DNA of 44,188 nucleotides. Source: a virus (lineage: Duplodnaviria; Heunggongvirae; Uroviricota; Caudoviricetes). Positions 8,413 to 18,164 of the stretch are shown here, one piece after another (position 1 is the stretch's first letter; every line of letters begins with the position of its first letter). Location: the IMG/VR virus record IMGVR_UViG_3300045988_019982; one strand, written 5' to 3'. Below the pieces are notes generated by a model. The model was given only the letters and a program-made list of their open reading frames with translations. It had not been told where the DNA came from and did not search any database. The translations under genes were made by a program, and so were the position numbers.

Positions 8413-8546
8413 ACATCATAGCCCCGATTCCGGCATTGCAAAAACGTATCAAAGAACTTGAGGAGGAGGTTCTACGGCTACGGCAGCAAAGAGACGCCGC
8501 TAATGCGCAACTGGCGTTTGTACTGGAGAAGTTATCAGAAGAGTAG
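8409..8546 (+). CDS. small coiled-coil protein (45 aa)
   Basis: Not in track; ATGA overlap with helicase stop; MNIIAPIPALQKRIKELEEEVLRLRQQRDAANAQLAFVLEKLSEE. Confidence 0.35.
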   Translation: MNIIAPIPALQKRIKELEEEVLRLRQQRDAANAQLAFVLEKLSEE

Positions 8547-8550
8547 AGAA

Positions 8551-8577
8551 AAGGCCCCGTTATGGGGCCTTAGTTTT
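8551..8577. terminator. bidirectional rho-independent terminator between convergent units
   Basis: agaaaaGGCCCCgttaTGGGGCCttagtttt; A-run upstream and T-run downstream. Confidence 0.7.
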
Positions 8578-8584
8578 ATGATGG

Positions 8585-10570
8585 TTATCTAAGCCATTGG
8601 CTTGGTTTTTGTTTCAGTATATGTATCGCCCCTTGCCCAGAAGCTGCGGATTGCGCAGTTGATAACGTCACGATGTAGGTATTCCCTACTGTTCTTGGTT
8701 GAGTAAGGTTAAATTGGAAAGGGGAGCCAGTGCAGGTGATGTATTCAATCCCTGAGTCAGAAGTAACCTGAAATTCTGTTGATACCACACTACCGGAAGA
8801 AATAGATACATGAATCGCTATCTCACCCCCCGTATATACAAAAGGTATGCTTGGCGTATTTGAAAAATCCTTAAAGTTAAGCATTGCCGTTGAACTAATG
8901 ACCTCTTTGCCAACGTCATTAGTTAGCTGAGCAGGTTTAACGTAATCATAAGGGTTGAGAACGTAATAGTTTACGAAATTTACAAAACTTGAAGACGCCT
9001 TTGAAGAACTATGCCATGTTTTTTTATTGTCTATACGGTATATGGATCGGATGTTGAGAAACTCACTTGCCGTTGCTCTTTGCAGTATACCAGTCCCTAT
9101 GCCAAAATGGATATTACCGACGTCAAATACGTGGTCCTCGACATTTCCTGTAGTTGATAATATCGCAATATCAGGCTCTGCACTATCTTCAAGCGCTTCA
9201 CTGCATTTTTCGAAGTACATAGAACCAACAGACCAACTAACAGCGTTAACAGTAGCTAAACCAGCGCCTGCTGTGGTTTCAGCTATTAATGTTCCTATTC
9301 TCGATGCCAGTCCTTGCCCGAGAGTGACACCGGCGCCTATGAGCTGTGGGGTTAAAGATGATGAATACGGGTCATACCCATAGGACAAAGATTTTGATGT
9401 GTTATACGCAGCGACGACACCAAATTCAACACCATTAACGTTTACATCTCCGGTTTCACCGGAGAAACCATGTGCCAAAGATACACCTCTTGCACAATCA
9501 ATCGCCATATATTGGTTTACTTTATGATACCAACTCCCAAGAAGTACAATTCCAACTTCTGTGGCATTATAAGCATATATAATGTCTGTGACAGATTCTG
9601 CAACTACACCAAAACCATAAAAACCGTAAGGCGCAACATTGTTAGCATCAATATTTAATGTGCCAACGTGCCTAATTCCACGAACTTGTTGTTCAGGCAA
9701 TGAAAGGTCTGGGGATGTTCCTACTGGTTTTTTGCTGGCGCGAACTACAGCCTTTCCGCCCCATGAGTAGCCACTCATCGCTTTAATAGTTGCGCCGTTT
9801 GTCTCCATCACTAAATATGACGGGATAACAACTTCATCGCTAACAAAATAAGTAGCACCAGCAGTGAGTCGTAAAAATCCAGTCGCTATTGCCTTGTTAA
9901 TGGCGTCAAGGCAGTCATGCGTACTGTTATTTACAACCGCCCCGAAATTCTCGGGTGTATTCTCGTCAAACCCATTCAGTTTACCTACGTTAGACCAAGC
10001 GGAATCAGGGGCCGAGCCGTAGGAGAACGGCAATACGCCAGTATATCTGTACCAAAAGCCGTCGGCGTCGCCCACAACGTCGTATTTAGTACCTACAGAC
10101 CCGCTGTCGGAAAACTTACCAACTTTTTTGTATAAGGATAAGTTGCCGTTGTCGGGTAGTGAGTACCCGCGCCATGATTGCAAGTCGATGCGTAAATCTG
10201 GGTCTGTCTGCGGTTTCCAGTCAGCGTTTCCTACCGGGTTAAAGCCCGCTGGAACGGTAACAGGTAGTGCACCCGCATACGAGTACCACGTTTTACTCAC
10301 AGGGTCATAAACCACTTTGTCGCGGTCGGCTGTTGTCAGCGTGCCACCGGTGGAAAAGTCCCACGATACAGGAGAAAAGCCAGCATCACGTAACACGGCC
10401 GGGAGTGTCTTCTGCGTCTGTCCGGTAACAGGGTTGGTCGCGTAGTCAATATCAGCATCGCCAGCGACACCGCCGGATTTACCGGTGATAACCTCGGCTT
10501 CAAAAATCTGGTGTTTCTTGGCGGTTTGTAAATCCGCCAGGCTTAAAACGTCACCGCATCCGCTTGACAT
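8585..10570 (-). CDS. tailspike / receptor-binding tail fibre protein
   Basis: 661 aa, last gene of tail operon; ATG with AAGAGGA SD; Gly/Ser/Thr/Asn-rich repetitive central region (beta-helix fold not shown). Confidence 0.7.
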   Translation of the reverse strand: MSSGCGDVLSLADLQTAKKHQIFEAEVITGKSGGVAGDADIDYATNPVTGQTQKTLPAVLRDAGFSPVSWDFSTGGTLTTADRDKVVYDPVSKTWYSYAGALPVTVPAGFNPVGNADWKPQTDPDLRIDLQSWRGYSLPDNGNLSLYKKVGKFSDSGSVGTKYDVVGDADGFWYRYTGVLPFSYGSAPDSAWSNVGKLNGFDENTPENFGAVVNNSTHDCLDAINKAIATGFLRLTAGATYFVSDEVVIPSYLVMETNGATIKAMSGYSWGGKAVVRASKKPVGTSPDLSLPEQQVRGIRHVGTLNIDANNVAPYGFYGFGVVAESVTDIIYAYNATEVGIVLLGSWYHKVNQYMAIDCARGVSLAHGFSGETGDVNVNGVEFGVVAAYNTSKSLSYGYDPYSSSLTPQLIGAGVTLGQGLASRIGTLIAETTAGAGLATVNAVSWSVGSMYFEKCSEALEDSAEPDIAILSTTGNVEDHVFDVGNIHFGIGTGILQRATASEFLNIRSIYRIDNKKTWHSSSKASSSFVNFVNYYVLNPYDYVKPAQLTNDVGKEVISSTAMLNFKDFSNTPSIPFVYTGGEIAIHVSISSGSVVSTEFQVTSDSGIEYITCTGSPFQFNLTQPRTVGNTYIVTLSTAQSAASGQGAIHILKQKPSQWLR

Positions 10571-10582
10571 ATAGAGTCCTCT

Positions 10583-13165
10583 TTAACTAAAACCGTTGCT
10601 GAATCCGCCGGAGAAACCGCTACCGAAAGGCGCGACGCCGTCGTATTTATAGAAATCTGCTTCGTAGTTAATCCCGGTAATCTTAACCGTTCTGTCGTCT
10701 CCGGGGTCAACTGTAGAAACAAGAATCATCTGAGCATTATGCCTTGCTTCGTTGCCGAATGAAAACTCAGTTTTTAGTGCGCTATTCCCTGTGTATATCG
10801 CCTCCTGCGGCGCAGAGAGCATAACCACTTCACGGTCGTGGCTTCCAGGCACAACGGCAACACTTTGAACTCCACCGTCTCGCTTCTTAAGAATAAGTGA
10901 GTGGTCGTCTCCGGGGGTAAATGTAATAGGTTGTGATAGCGTCAGCGCAAGCCCATTAACGGCAACAACATAGCCATCTTGCGGGGCCATACGCGAACCT
11001 TTTACCACACTTACCGCACGCCCAGGCATTGCAAAAATCCCTTCTTCTGTCGCTGTGAATGATACCGTTACCTTCTTCAACAGGTGTTTCTGGTAGCGGC
11101 GGTACGCAGCCCAGTACGCCTGTTGATAATTACGGATACCTTTAGAGTCGTACGTTTCAGTATTAACGCCACCTTCTGCGGGGATGCTGATTGTCTCTTT
11201 GACGTTTGTATTCGGGTCGATGTACGAAAACTTGAGACTATCGTATACCTGGGCGTCATTAAACGTGCGCGTCCATTTCTCAGTAGCTGGGGTCTTGCTG
11301 CGATGGGTAAACACCATCTCAGGGCCGATGCGAGGGCGCTCGAAGTCCAGAAGAATATCGGCGCCTCTGCGGTATGGGGTGCAGAAAATTGCTTCCGCTA
11401 TCGTAGTTACTATGTCCTGCATAGTGGTTTTATAGTCATCAAACGTATAGCAAAACTCTCCTGCGGATGTGCTGCCGAAATAGCTTTCAATTTCGTTCTG
11501 CACGGCCAGCAGTTTATCCATATTTGCCGTTGTCAGGTTCAGTGCGCCAACTTCCGGGTCTCTGGCGAGGCGAATGAGGGACTGGGTGGCCTTCGTGTTC
11601 GGCGTGCGAACTGTGTCGAAAACTCCGTTACCGAGGTACTTAAATACCATCTCCGTCACCACCATGCGCAACTGAGGTTGTTTAACCTCCGCCGCTCGTG
11701 GCGTCTGTTTACGCGCGGAATGCACTGTCGTTCGGTTACCGTAGTGCGGGGTTCGGTCGACTAATTGCCCGTAAAGATTTATATAGGCCACTTCATCGAC
11801 TACTGTACCCTCAAAATCAAGGTCCAGATTGGTGACACGACGCGCTCTCACTCTTACACGTGATACGGACGGCAGGTCCGCATATATAGTAACCCCAGTA
11901 TAATCGGCAGACCTTCCGGAAACTGTCCCTTGTTTAGTGTAAACAGGGCCGTAAGCGCTCCCTGTTTCATCTAAAAGCTGATACTGCAGCTCTACGGTCA
12001 CTGCAGCCCTGGATTTATTGTCCCCATTGTCTTTGTACATACCATTCGTAGCGCCAATGTTGGCCACGATTCTTTCTACTGCAATTCTGTTTATAGCAAC
12101 CCAATCGGTGAGGCTGGCCGAGGTGGTATCTAGCGGGCCTATAGTTGACTCTGGTTCATTAGATTGTATTTTATAGCCGCCCACAGGCAACTTCTGCCAT
12201 TGAGATAGTGCCGGTGTGGCATCTACCCTAATCTCCGTCTCGCTTACAGAAATGCATGTGTAATTCCCATCAAGAATGGCGTCCGTTGCTGGGTTTGGGC
12301 TGCCGGATACCCAGCAATGTATACCGATGAATTTAACGGCCATACCCACTTTGATAAAGTCACTAAACCCGGCGTCCCCAGTTGGGTCGGTTACTGTGCC
12401 AGTTGTTCCCTCCAGTTTCGCAATAGATAGTTCTCTCGTTACAGGCGACGCAAGGTCGTTAGGTGCTTTCAGCACCACACCGTCCACTTCATTGGACGCA
12501 ACAGTGATGTAAAGCCCTTGTGTAATGGGGCTTCCGACCATTAATTGTGGGGCGTTTGTGTTGTTCGGAGAGGTGTACGGAGCGTACACCGCCACAGACG
12601 TGCCGGTTATATCCCGGACCTTAGTATCGCCGTCGGTGATGTCTTCTGCTTTAACGTCAAGATACCCGCGCCCCGCATCATAATAACCGTACTCGATGAT
12701 GCGACCAGCGTCATCGAAGACTTTATATGTAGTCATAAGGTTATTAGGTATTGTCTGCACCCTGCCGCAGATGTCATAAGTTCGCTCGTAAGGGCGAGCC
12801 TTGTTATTTCGGTCTGTCAGACTGTTGTTCGGTGAGTCCGCTTGCTGGTTAGCAAGATTGTTAGACGCGCCCTTCGTTGACGGTGTGAGTAATTTAGCTA
12901 GCGGTTTAAGGATGATGCTGAACACTTTCATCACACCCTTGATAGCACCGCCACCAGCACCTTCCAGGATGTGGAAAACCGCATCCTGTTTTAACGCGTC
13001 GAAATTTTCTGTTACGTCGTTATCCTCCCCTATCTCTTCGAGGAAAACGCGAAACGGCACACCGTCAGGGATATGGTTTACGACGAAATTAAGCGGCGAG
13101 TCGTTATGCCGTTTTTGTGTGAATGTCCCGTCTTCGTTACGGGTGTAGTGGATGACTATCGCCAA
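10583..13165 (-). CDS. tail tip / central fibre protein (lambda J-like)
   Basis: 860 aa directly downstream of K/L/M-like genes; TTG start with GGAG SD (track start). Confidence 0.65.
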   Translation of the reverse strand: MAIVIHYTRNEDGTFTQKRHNDSPLNFVVNHIPDGVPFRVFLEEIGEDNDVTENFDALKQDAVFHILEGAGGGAIKGVMKVFSIILKPLAKLLTPSTKGASNNLANQQADSPNNSLTDRNNKARPYERTYDICGRVQTIPNNLMTTYKVFDDAGRIIEYGYYDAGRGYLDVKAEDITDGDTKVRDITGTSVAVYAPYTSPNNTNAPQLMVGSPITQGLYITVASNEVDGVVLKAPNDLASPVTRELSIAKLEGTTGTVTDPTGDAGFSDFIKVGMAVKFIGIHCWVSGSPNPATDAILDGNYTCISVSETEIRVDATPALSQWQKLPVGGYKIQSNEPESTIGPLDTTSASLTDWVAINRIAVERIVANIGATNGMYKDNGDNKSRAAVTVELQYQLLDETGSAYGPVYTKQGTVSGRSADYTGVTIYADLPSVSRVRVRARRVTNLDLDFEGTVVDEVAYINLYGQLVDRTPHYGNRTTVHSARKQTPRAAEVKQPQLRMVVTEMVFKYLGNGVFDTVRTPNTKATQSLIRLARDPEVGALNLTTANMDKLLAVQNEIESYFGSTSAGEFCYTFDDYKTTMQDIVTTIAEAIFCTPYRRGADILLDFERPRIGPEMVFTHRSKTPATEKWTRTFNDAQVYDSLKFSYIDPNTNVKETISIPAEGGVNTETYDSKGIRNYQQAYWAAYRRYQKHLLKKVTVSFTATEEGIFAMPGRAVSVVKGSRMAPQDGYVVAVNGLALTLSQPITFTPGDDHSLILKKRDGGVQSVAVVPGSHDREVVMLSAPQEAIYTGNSALKTEFSFGNEARHNAQMILVSTVDPGDDRTVKITGINYEADFYKYDGVAPFGSGFSGGFSNGFS

Positions 13166-13521
13166 AATTCAATCTCCGGGTATGTGTCGCGCAAATCGTC
13201 AAGACGGTCAAGGCGCACTTGTCTGGACGCTAACTCGCAGTGGCTTACCATCCCATCATAATACACGCCCGCGTGCCACACTACACGCCCTCTGTGATAA
13301 GTGCCCAGCAACACGGCGTCGTAATTCTGCGGACTGGCAGCGCGTTCCAGGCCTTTCGGGTCAGAGTGCCCTGCGTCAAACGCCGCGTCTATAGCCGTCG
13401 GGGAGGTTACGTCGAAAGTCGGGGTAGATAGGCCAACATCGCCGCGCACCCTGCGCACGTGATGCCAACAATTGTAACGACGGAAGTCATAAGGGGTGCC
13501 CGTATAATCGGTGATACTCAT
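13156..13521 (-). CDS. minor tail protein (lambda K-like position)
   Basis: Start re-called to ATG at 13521 (ATGA overlap with upstream stop); Cys/His motifs YNCWHHV...HAGVYYDG. Confidence 0.45.
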   Translation of the reverse strand: MSITDYTGTPYDFRRYNCWHHVRRVRGDVGLSTPTFDVTSPTAIDAAFDAGHSDPKGLERAASPQNYDAVLLGTYHRGRVVWHAGVYYDGMVSHCELASRQVRLDRLDDLRDTYPEIEFWR

Positions 13522-14033
13522 GACAAGAGTACCCCACGCAACAGCGGTATTTCTTCCGGTGTCATCAGGATTCCGGTCTGCCGTTGGTTGAGCATAGGCG
13601 TTCCGGTCTCTGCGGTGAACACGCCTTTCTCTTGTGTCAACGTCTGCAACTCGTATACCACTGGGCCGTCGCACGGGTACGACAGGTCTGTGCTTACGTA
13701 GCGCCGGAATATGAATTTAGGTAACTCTGTATTGCTATACGGGATGCGGTCCATCTCTTCATCGAGAATGTTAAGAACATCCGGCAGCGAGAATGATGCT
13801 GTTTGGTCCATGTCATTATTGTTTGCGGCATTCTTAGCGTCCATAGGGGTAGCTTCGAACGTAACGGTTTCGCCAGTCTCAAGCGTAGCGGTAAGATCAG
13901 ACGTACCGCGCACAAGCAACCACCGCTTTGAAAGAAGCGGGTGTGTTATTTCAAGAGTAATGTAATCCAGTTCGCCGTCTGGGTTTGATGCCAGTTTACG
14001 ACGATAGGCGGCTTCTACTGATTCCTGGCTCAT
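13518..14033 (-). CDS. minor tail protein (lambda L-like position)
   Basis: Start re-called to ATG at 14033 (ATGA overlap); track start 14048 is TTG. Confidence 0.5.
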   Translation of the reverse strand: MSQESVEAAYRRKLASNPDGELDYITLEITHPLLSKRWLLVRGTSDLTATLETGETVTFEATPMDAKNAANNNDMDQTASFSLPDVLNILDEEMDRIPYSNTELPKFIFRRYVSTDLSYPCDGPVVYELQTLTQEKGVFTAETGTPMLNQRQTGILMTPEEIPLLRGVLLS

Positions 14034-14524
14034 TGCATTGGGTCCCAAATACGTGGAAACGTTGATTGCGCGGTTCCGTATGCTTTAAGGAATCCGCCTA
14101 AGCAATCCCCATAACAGCCGAACAAATCCGGTAGATTCTTAGTAAGGCATGTATCTTCCTGAATAGCTGTTCTCTCTGCCGTGGCGGTGAACGTGATCAC
14201 CCAGTTCTTGCCGTCGTCGGTGCTGTCACTAATAGTCGATGTGATGAGTACCTGGTGGTCCTCGATGCCCATACCTGTATCATGCGGCATGATAAACGAG
14301 GACGCCCCGCCGTCGATGTTGTTCAGGAAGCTATAAAACGCCTGGCGCCCGAGAGAAGACACGACAAGCGTAACGCTAATCGGCACTGGCTCAAAGTATG
14401 TGTCTCGCCCCTGGCGAGGTAAGCCGCCCTGAACCTCGGTGCGCCAGATATTACTCCCCCTGGTCTGAGAGTACCCCTTCGACACTATTGGTCGAAGGGA
14501 CATAGGGAATCTCAAATCGCTCAT
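14030..14524 (-). CDS. minor tail protein (lambda M-like position)
   Basis: 164 aa immediately after tape measure gene; ATG start. Confidence 0.5.
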   Translation of the reverse strand: MSDLRFPMSLRPIVSKGYSQTRGSNIWRTEVQGGLPRQGRDTYFEPVPISVTLVVSSLGRQAFYSFLNNIDGGASSFIMPHDTGMGIEDHQVLITSTISDSTDDGKNWVITFTATAERTAIQEDTCLTKNLPDLFGCYGDCLGGFLKAYGTAQSTFPRIWDPMQ

Positions 14525-14527
14525 TAA

Positions 14528-16837
14528 TTAATACCCCGGCTGACCGCGGGTAGCGCGGCGAGCTTTAGAAATCGGTGAGTTGTTATCCTGTAACTGCGAC
14601 GCTACTGTTTCACTGATTATAATACGTAAACGCCCTTCGTCATCACGTTCTGTTACGGCAGAGTCCACACGGCCGGTGGTATTGTTGACGATTGTCACGC
14701 TGTCGCCACCTGACGGGCTGCCGTTTTGGCCCATAATTTCTTTCATCTGCTGCGCGGTGCGCACACGCGATGCGCCAGCGGGCATGATAACCTCCGGCTT
14801 ACCGCGTTCAGCGATGGTAGACATCTGGCCTGCCGATAGCTGCCCACCCTGTTCACGCGCCGAGCGGATTTTGGCGATATTAGCCAGCCCCGCGGCAACG
14901 GCAGTAGCCGCGGCAACCGGTGCCAGGAATGGGCCGACGACCGGTATCGCCGCAGTAGACTTATATGCTTCGATAGCTGACGTGTATGTTGCGATAGTGG
15001 CCTGGGCAATAGCAAACGCTTTATAAGCGGCGGACGCCTCGCCAAATGCTGTTTTAGCATTAGATGCCATGTCACCAAAGGCGTCCCCGGTGGCTTTGGC
15101 ACGCTTCATTGAATACTGCTCATCCAGGGCTAGGAGCGCCATCTGGTACTGCTCAGCGTTAATTATGCCGTCGGCCATGTATTTTGAGATGATATTCGCT
15201 TTTTGAGACTGTTGTATTTCCAACAACTCAAGCTCAGCGGCATTCTGGCCCATAATCTGGGCCATGAAGTCGTCTCCTTTCTGCTGCTTTTCCTGCTGCT
15301 CTTTTCTTTTCTTATCCAGTTCTTCCTGTCTGGCCTGCTCGGCTGTGAGCATAATTTGAGTTTTGGCGTTTTCGTACTGCTGCTGGCTTATTGTTCCGGC
15401 GCGGTTGAACTCTTCAAGTTTCGCCAGTTTCTGCTCTTCTGCCGCTGTGATACGTGAAATTTCGTCTCCGGTTGTTCGGTCGACAGTAGCGAGGAAATCT
15501 TCCGCCGCTTTTTTCTGTCGTTCAGCTGCGGTTTCTTCGCGTTTGGCTTGTGCCGCCAGACGTTTCTCGTTCGATTTAGCCTCTCGGTCTGCCTTCGCTT
15601 TTTCGGTCGCGTCGATGCGAGCGATGTCTTGCCGTGCTTCCGTGTCACGGGCCGCGTTATACGCGGCTATCTGTTCTTTGGTGACCGCTTCACGTTTAGC
15701 GAACGCCTGTTTATCAAGTTCAGCTTGCGCCCGGATGCGCTCACGGTCGCTTAATATGGCGATTTGCTGATTCTTGACGATAGCTTCGTTCTGTTCCTGG
15801 AATCTCTGCGTTGTTGAGTTGACGTTACGACCAAGATTCTTTTGGGCCTCCGCCGCCGCGTTTGCCGACTTCTCCGCGTTCTCCAGTGCCGTGGCATTCT
15901 TGTTGGCGTTGTCCGTCAGGCGGATAAGTTCCGGGTTCAACTGTTTTGTGTTACCGAGCCAGTCGGTAAACACATCGGCGATGCGACGGGCATTCTCAGC
16001 GGTTGGTTCTTTGTTAAACGCACTCTGTGCCGCTATCATCTCCAGCGCCTGGTCACGGTTAACCCCGAACTTACTGCTAAGCTCCGCGATATTCTGCGCC
16101 AGCATGTTGACGCCTACGATATTACCCTCGTAAGTGCCTCCGAGTTTTTCTAACGTGTCGCCTACATCAGCACCCTTAGATACCAGCGCGTCGTACTGGC
16201 TAATAGCTGATGCAGTGGAGGCTTTCCATGTTTCCCACGATTCGGCATCTTCACGAACAGCTTTAGCGGTTTGCTGCGCGATAAGGTCTGCGTTAGCCTT
16301 AGCCAGAGCAAGCTGAGTCTCCGCCGCTTCTCTGCTGATTTGGGTTAGCTGAATAAGGCCGTCTGTCAGTTCTAGGGAGCCAGATGCCGTTTGCTGGAAG
16401 GTGTCTTTTAACTGTTTCTGGGCTGCTTCCAGGTCTTTTGAACTCCCCTCAGCCTCCGTTAGCGATTTGTACAGGACACCGCCAACAGCCGACGCTAGCG
16501 CGATTACAGCCCCAAGCACCGCACCACCAGGGCCGAAGGCACCTGCAAGCTGTGAACCTTGTTGCCCGATTGCTACGAATGCAGACGTGCCGGACTGCAA
16601 TTGGACAACCATGTCCTGTACCTGGAAGCCAACCTGCCCGGCGGCGTTACGGAACTTAGCGAAACCGTCAGAGGCCGCTTTAGAGGTAGCTGTGTTAACT
16701 TTATTAACATCTGGGGTCAGCTTGTTTACTGCGGTATCCGCACGGTCTGCAGACGACGCCATAGCGTCAAGCTGTTTGGCGGCTACGTCAGCACCTTCTG
16801 TTTTTACTCTGGCAATTAGGGAAGCCGTATCAGCCAT
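14528..16837 (-). CDS. tail tape measure protein
   Basis: ~769 aa, Ala/Gln/Glu-rich coiled-coil composition; Gly/Ala-rich hydrophobic C-terminal segment; ATG at 16837 preferred over TTG 16852. Confidence 0.85.
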   Translation of the reverse strand: MADTASLIARVKTEGADVAAKQLDAMASSADRADTAVNKLTPDVNKVNTATSKAASDGFAKFRNAAGQVGFQVQDMVVQLQSGTSAFVAIGQQGSQLAGAFGPGGAVLGAVIALASAVGGVLYKSLTEAEGSSKDLEAAQKQLKDTFQQTASGSLELTDGLIQLTQISREAAETQLALAKANADLIAQQTAKAVREDAESWETWKASTASAISQYDALVSKGADVGDTLEKLGGTYEGNIVGVNMLAQNIAELSSKFGVNRDQALEMIAAQSAFNKEPTAENARRIADVFTDWLGNTKQLNPELIRLTDNANKNATALENAEKSANAAAEAQKNLGRNVNSTTQRFQEQNEAIVKNQQIAILSDRERIRAQAELDKQAFAKREAVTKEQIAAYNAARDTEARQDIARIDATEKAKADREAKSNEKRLAAQAKREETAAERQKKAAEDFLATVDRTTGDEISRITAAEEQKLAKLEEFNRAGTISQQQYENAKTQIMLTAEQARQEELDKKRKEQQEKQQKGDDFMAQIMGQNAAELELLEIQQSQKANIISKYMADGIINAEQYQMALLALDEQYSMKRAKATGDAFGDMASNAKTAFGEASAAYKAFAIAQATIATYTSAIEAYKSTAAIPVVGPFLAPVAAATAVAAGLANIAKIRSAREQGGQLSAGQMSTIAERGKPEVIMPAGASRVRTAQQMKEIMGQNGSPSGGDSVTIVNNTTGRVDSAVTERDDEGRLRIIISETVASQLQDNNSPISKARRATRGQPGY

Positions 16838-17203
16838 CTTCTCTGCCCTCAAATATTCCGTCTAAGCCCATGATAACCTCGGCTTCGAACAAACTTATGC
16901 CGTAACCGGCGACATCACGAAACGCTACCAAATCTTGCCATTTGAGCGCATCGCGCGGGATTATAACGATAGTATCATCTGTTTCGCGCTGTAGGAATTT
17001 AATGGCACGGTATTTCTCGAACACGTCGATAAGAGAAACGGGGCATTCCGGCCCCGTCGTTTCTTTCATCTGCGGTTCTTTAATCACGCCCATTGCAATC
17101 AAAGCCGCCTGGTGGCCCGCCGCGATGTCGTCGAATTGCTTACGTTTGTGACGGTCAACAAAACACCATTGCGCAAATTCATACAGCGCTTTTACTTTTC
17201 CGA
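16830..17203 (-). CDS. -1 frame extension ORF of tail assembly chaperone (gpT-like part of G-T fusion)
   Basis: Frame is open from inside the 3' end of the 17192-17608 ORF through to 16830; -1 relative to it; slippery cGGAAAAGuaa at the upstream stop. Confidence 0.5.
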
Positions 17204-17608
17204 GAGTTTCTCGCGGCTATCGGTGTGGTGCTTAACTACGGCTTCTGCCAACCCACTATACTGGTCAAACAGGTTAGCCAGCGCCTCTTTGCTGAACGGT
17301 TCGTCGAATGACCAACCGGTGACGATTTCCACGGCGAGCTGCTTGTTCAGGTCCATCACCCGCCAGCCCTTCTCATCGTTATAGCGCGCCCAGTTATTCA
17401 GCGCCTCGCACTCTTTATCTAATGGCGCAAGTTCTTCCGTAAGGCGTCGAATTGCCGTTGTGTAGGCGCGGCCCGCACGAACACCAGCGTCACAATCGGG
17501 GCCGATAACCTGCAACCATTCACCGGAATCTTTACCACTCGGCAGAAGGATAGGCATTTTAGTGCCTACAGCATGGCGGTCAGCAAAATAAAAATCAGAA
17601 AGTTTCAT
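17192..17608 (-). CDS. tail assembly chaperone (gpG-like)
   Basis: 138 aa immediately upstream of the frameshift ORF and tape measure gene. Confidence 0.6.
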   Translation of the reverse strand: MKLSDFYFADRHAVGTKMPILLPSGKDSGEWLQVIGPDCDAGVRAGRAYTTAIRRLTEELAPLDKECEALNNWARYNDEKGWRVMDLNKQLAVEIVTGWSFDEPFSKEALANLFDQYSGLAEAVVKHHTDSREKLSEK

Positions 17609-17715
17609 TCTTTAATCCTTTGGTTAAGAGGTTACCGGTTAAGATTAACGCGCCAGACGGGAACCACCCGCTTTTCGTGTGCGACACTAGGCGCAAACTT
17701 ATTCTAGCACACTAC

Positions 17716-17745
17716 TTGCACACCCCAATATAATAGGGTACTATT
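17716..17745 (+). promoter_or_regulatory. promoter copy A (TTGCAC-N17-TACTAT) with AATAG-ggta-CTATT inverted repeat
   Basis: ttgcacaccccaatataatagggtactattcacc; 19/19 identical core (ataatagggtactattca) with copy B. Confidence 0.6.
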
Positions 17746-17769
17746 CACCTGTAACTTACTGAGGAAATA

Positions 17770-18099
17770 ATGATGCGTAAATTAGTATTAGCTCTGGGGT
17801 TTATGTCTTTTGCTGCTTTTGGGTCCCCGTGTGAACAGGTATTTAGTGAATCGGTTCTTATGACTTCTGGTGTGCTTGAGAAAGCCGACCCTACTATTGT
17901 AAAGGCATTTAAGGACTCTACCGTTCGCGAGTGTGAGGCCGCCGTAGAGGTTGGTAAATCTGGCCTACCTCCGCAAGCCGTAACATACTCGGTAATACGT
18001 TCGGTAGAGAAAAACGGAGACGCGTTTTACAGCCTACTGACCGCCACTCGTCTGCAAATGGTAATGACTGGGTGGGCGATAGGCGCGGAAAGTAAATAG
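17770..18099 (+). CDS. secreted/periplasmic small protein (signal peptide)
   Basis: MMRKLVLALGFMSFAAFGSPCEQ...; GAGGAAATA SD; first gene of the opposite-strand cassette. Confidence 0.55.
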   Translation: MMRKLVLALGFMSFAAFGSPCEQVFSESVLMTSGVLEKADPTIVKAFKDSTVRECEAAVEVGKSGLPPQAVTYSVIRSVEKNGDAFYSLLTATRLQMVMTGWAIGAESK

Positions 18100-18164
18100 T
18101 CGCCTTTATTTAAAGGAATGCACTGTGGTTAAATAGGACAAATCCTAAACACGAGGAAGTAAGC

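Noticed and set aside
14580-16865. Several + strand ORFs (148, 135, 119, 154 aa) inside the tape measure gene
   Set aside because: All antisense to the tape measure gene; Ala/Ser/Arg/Cys-rich low-complexity products with no ribosome-binding sites; artefacts of the repetitive Ala/Gln codon content opposite.
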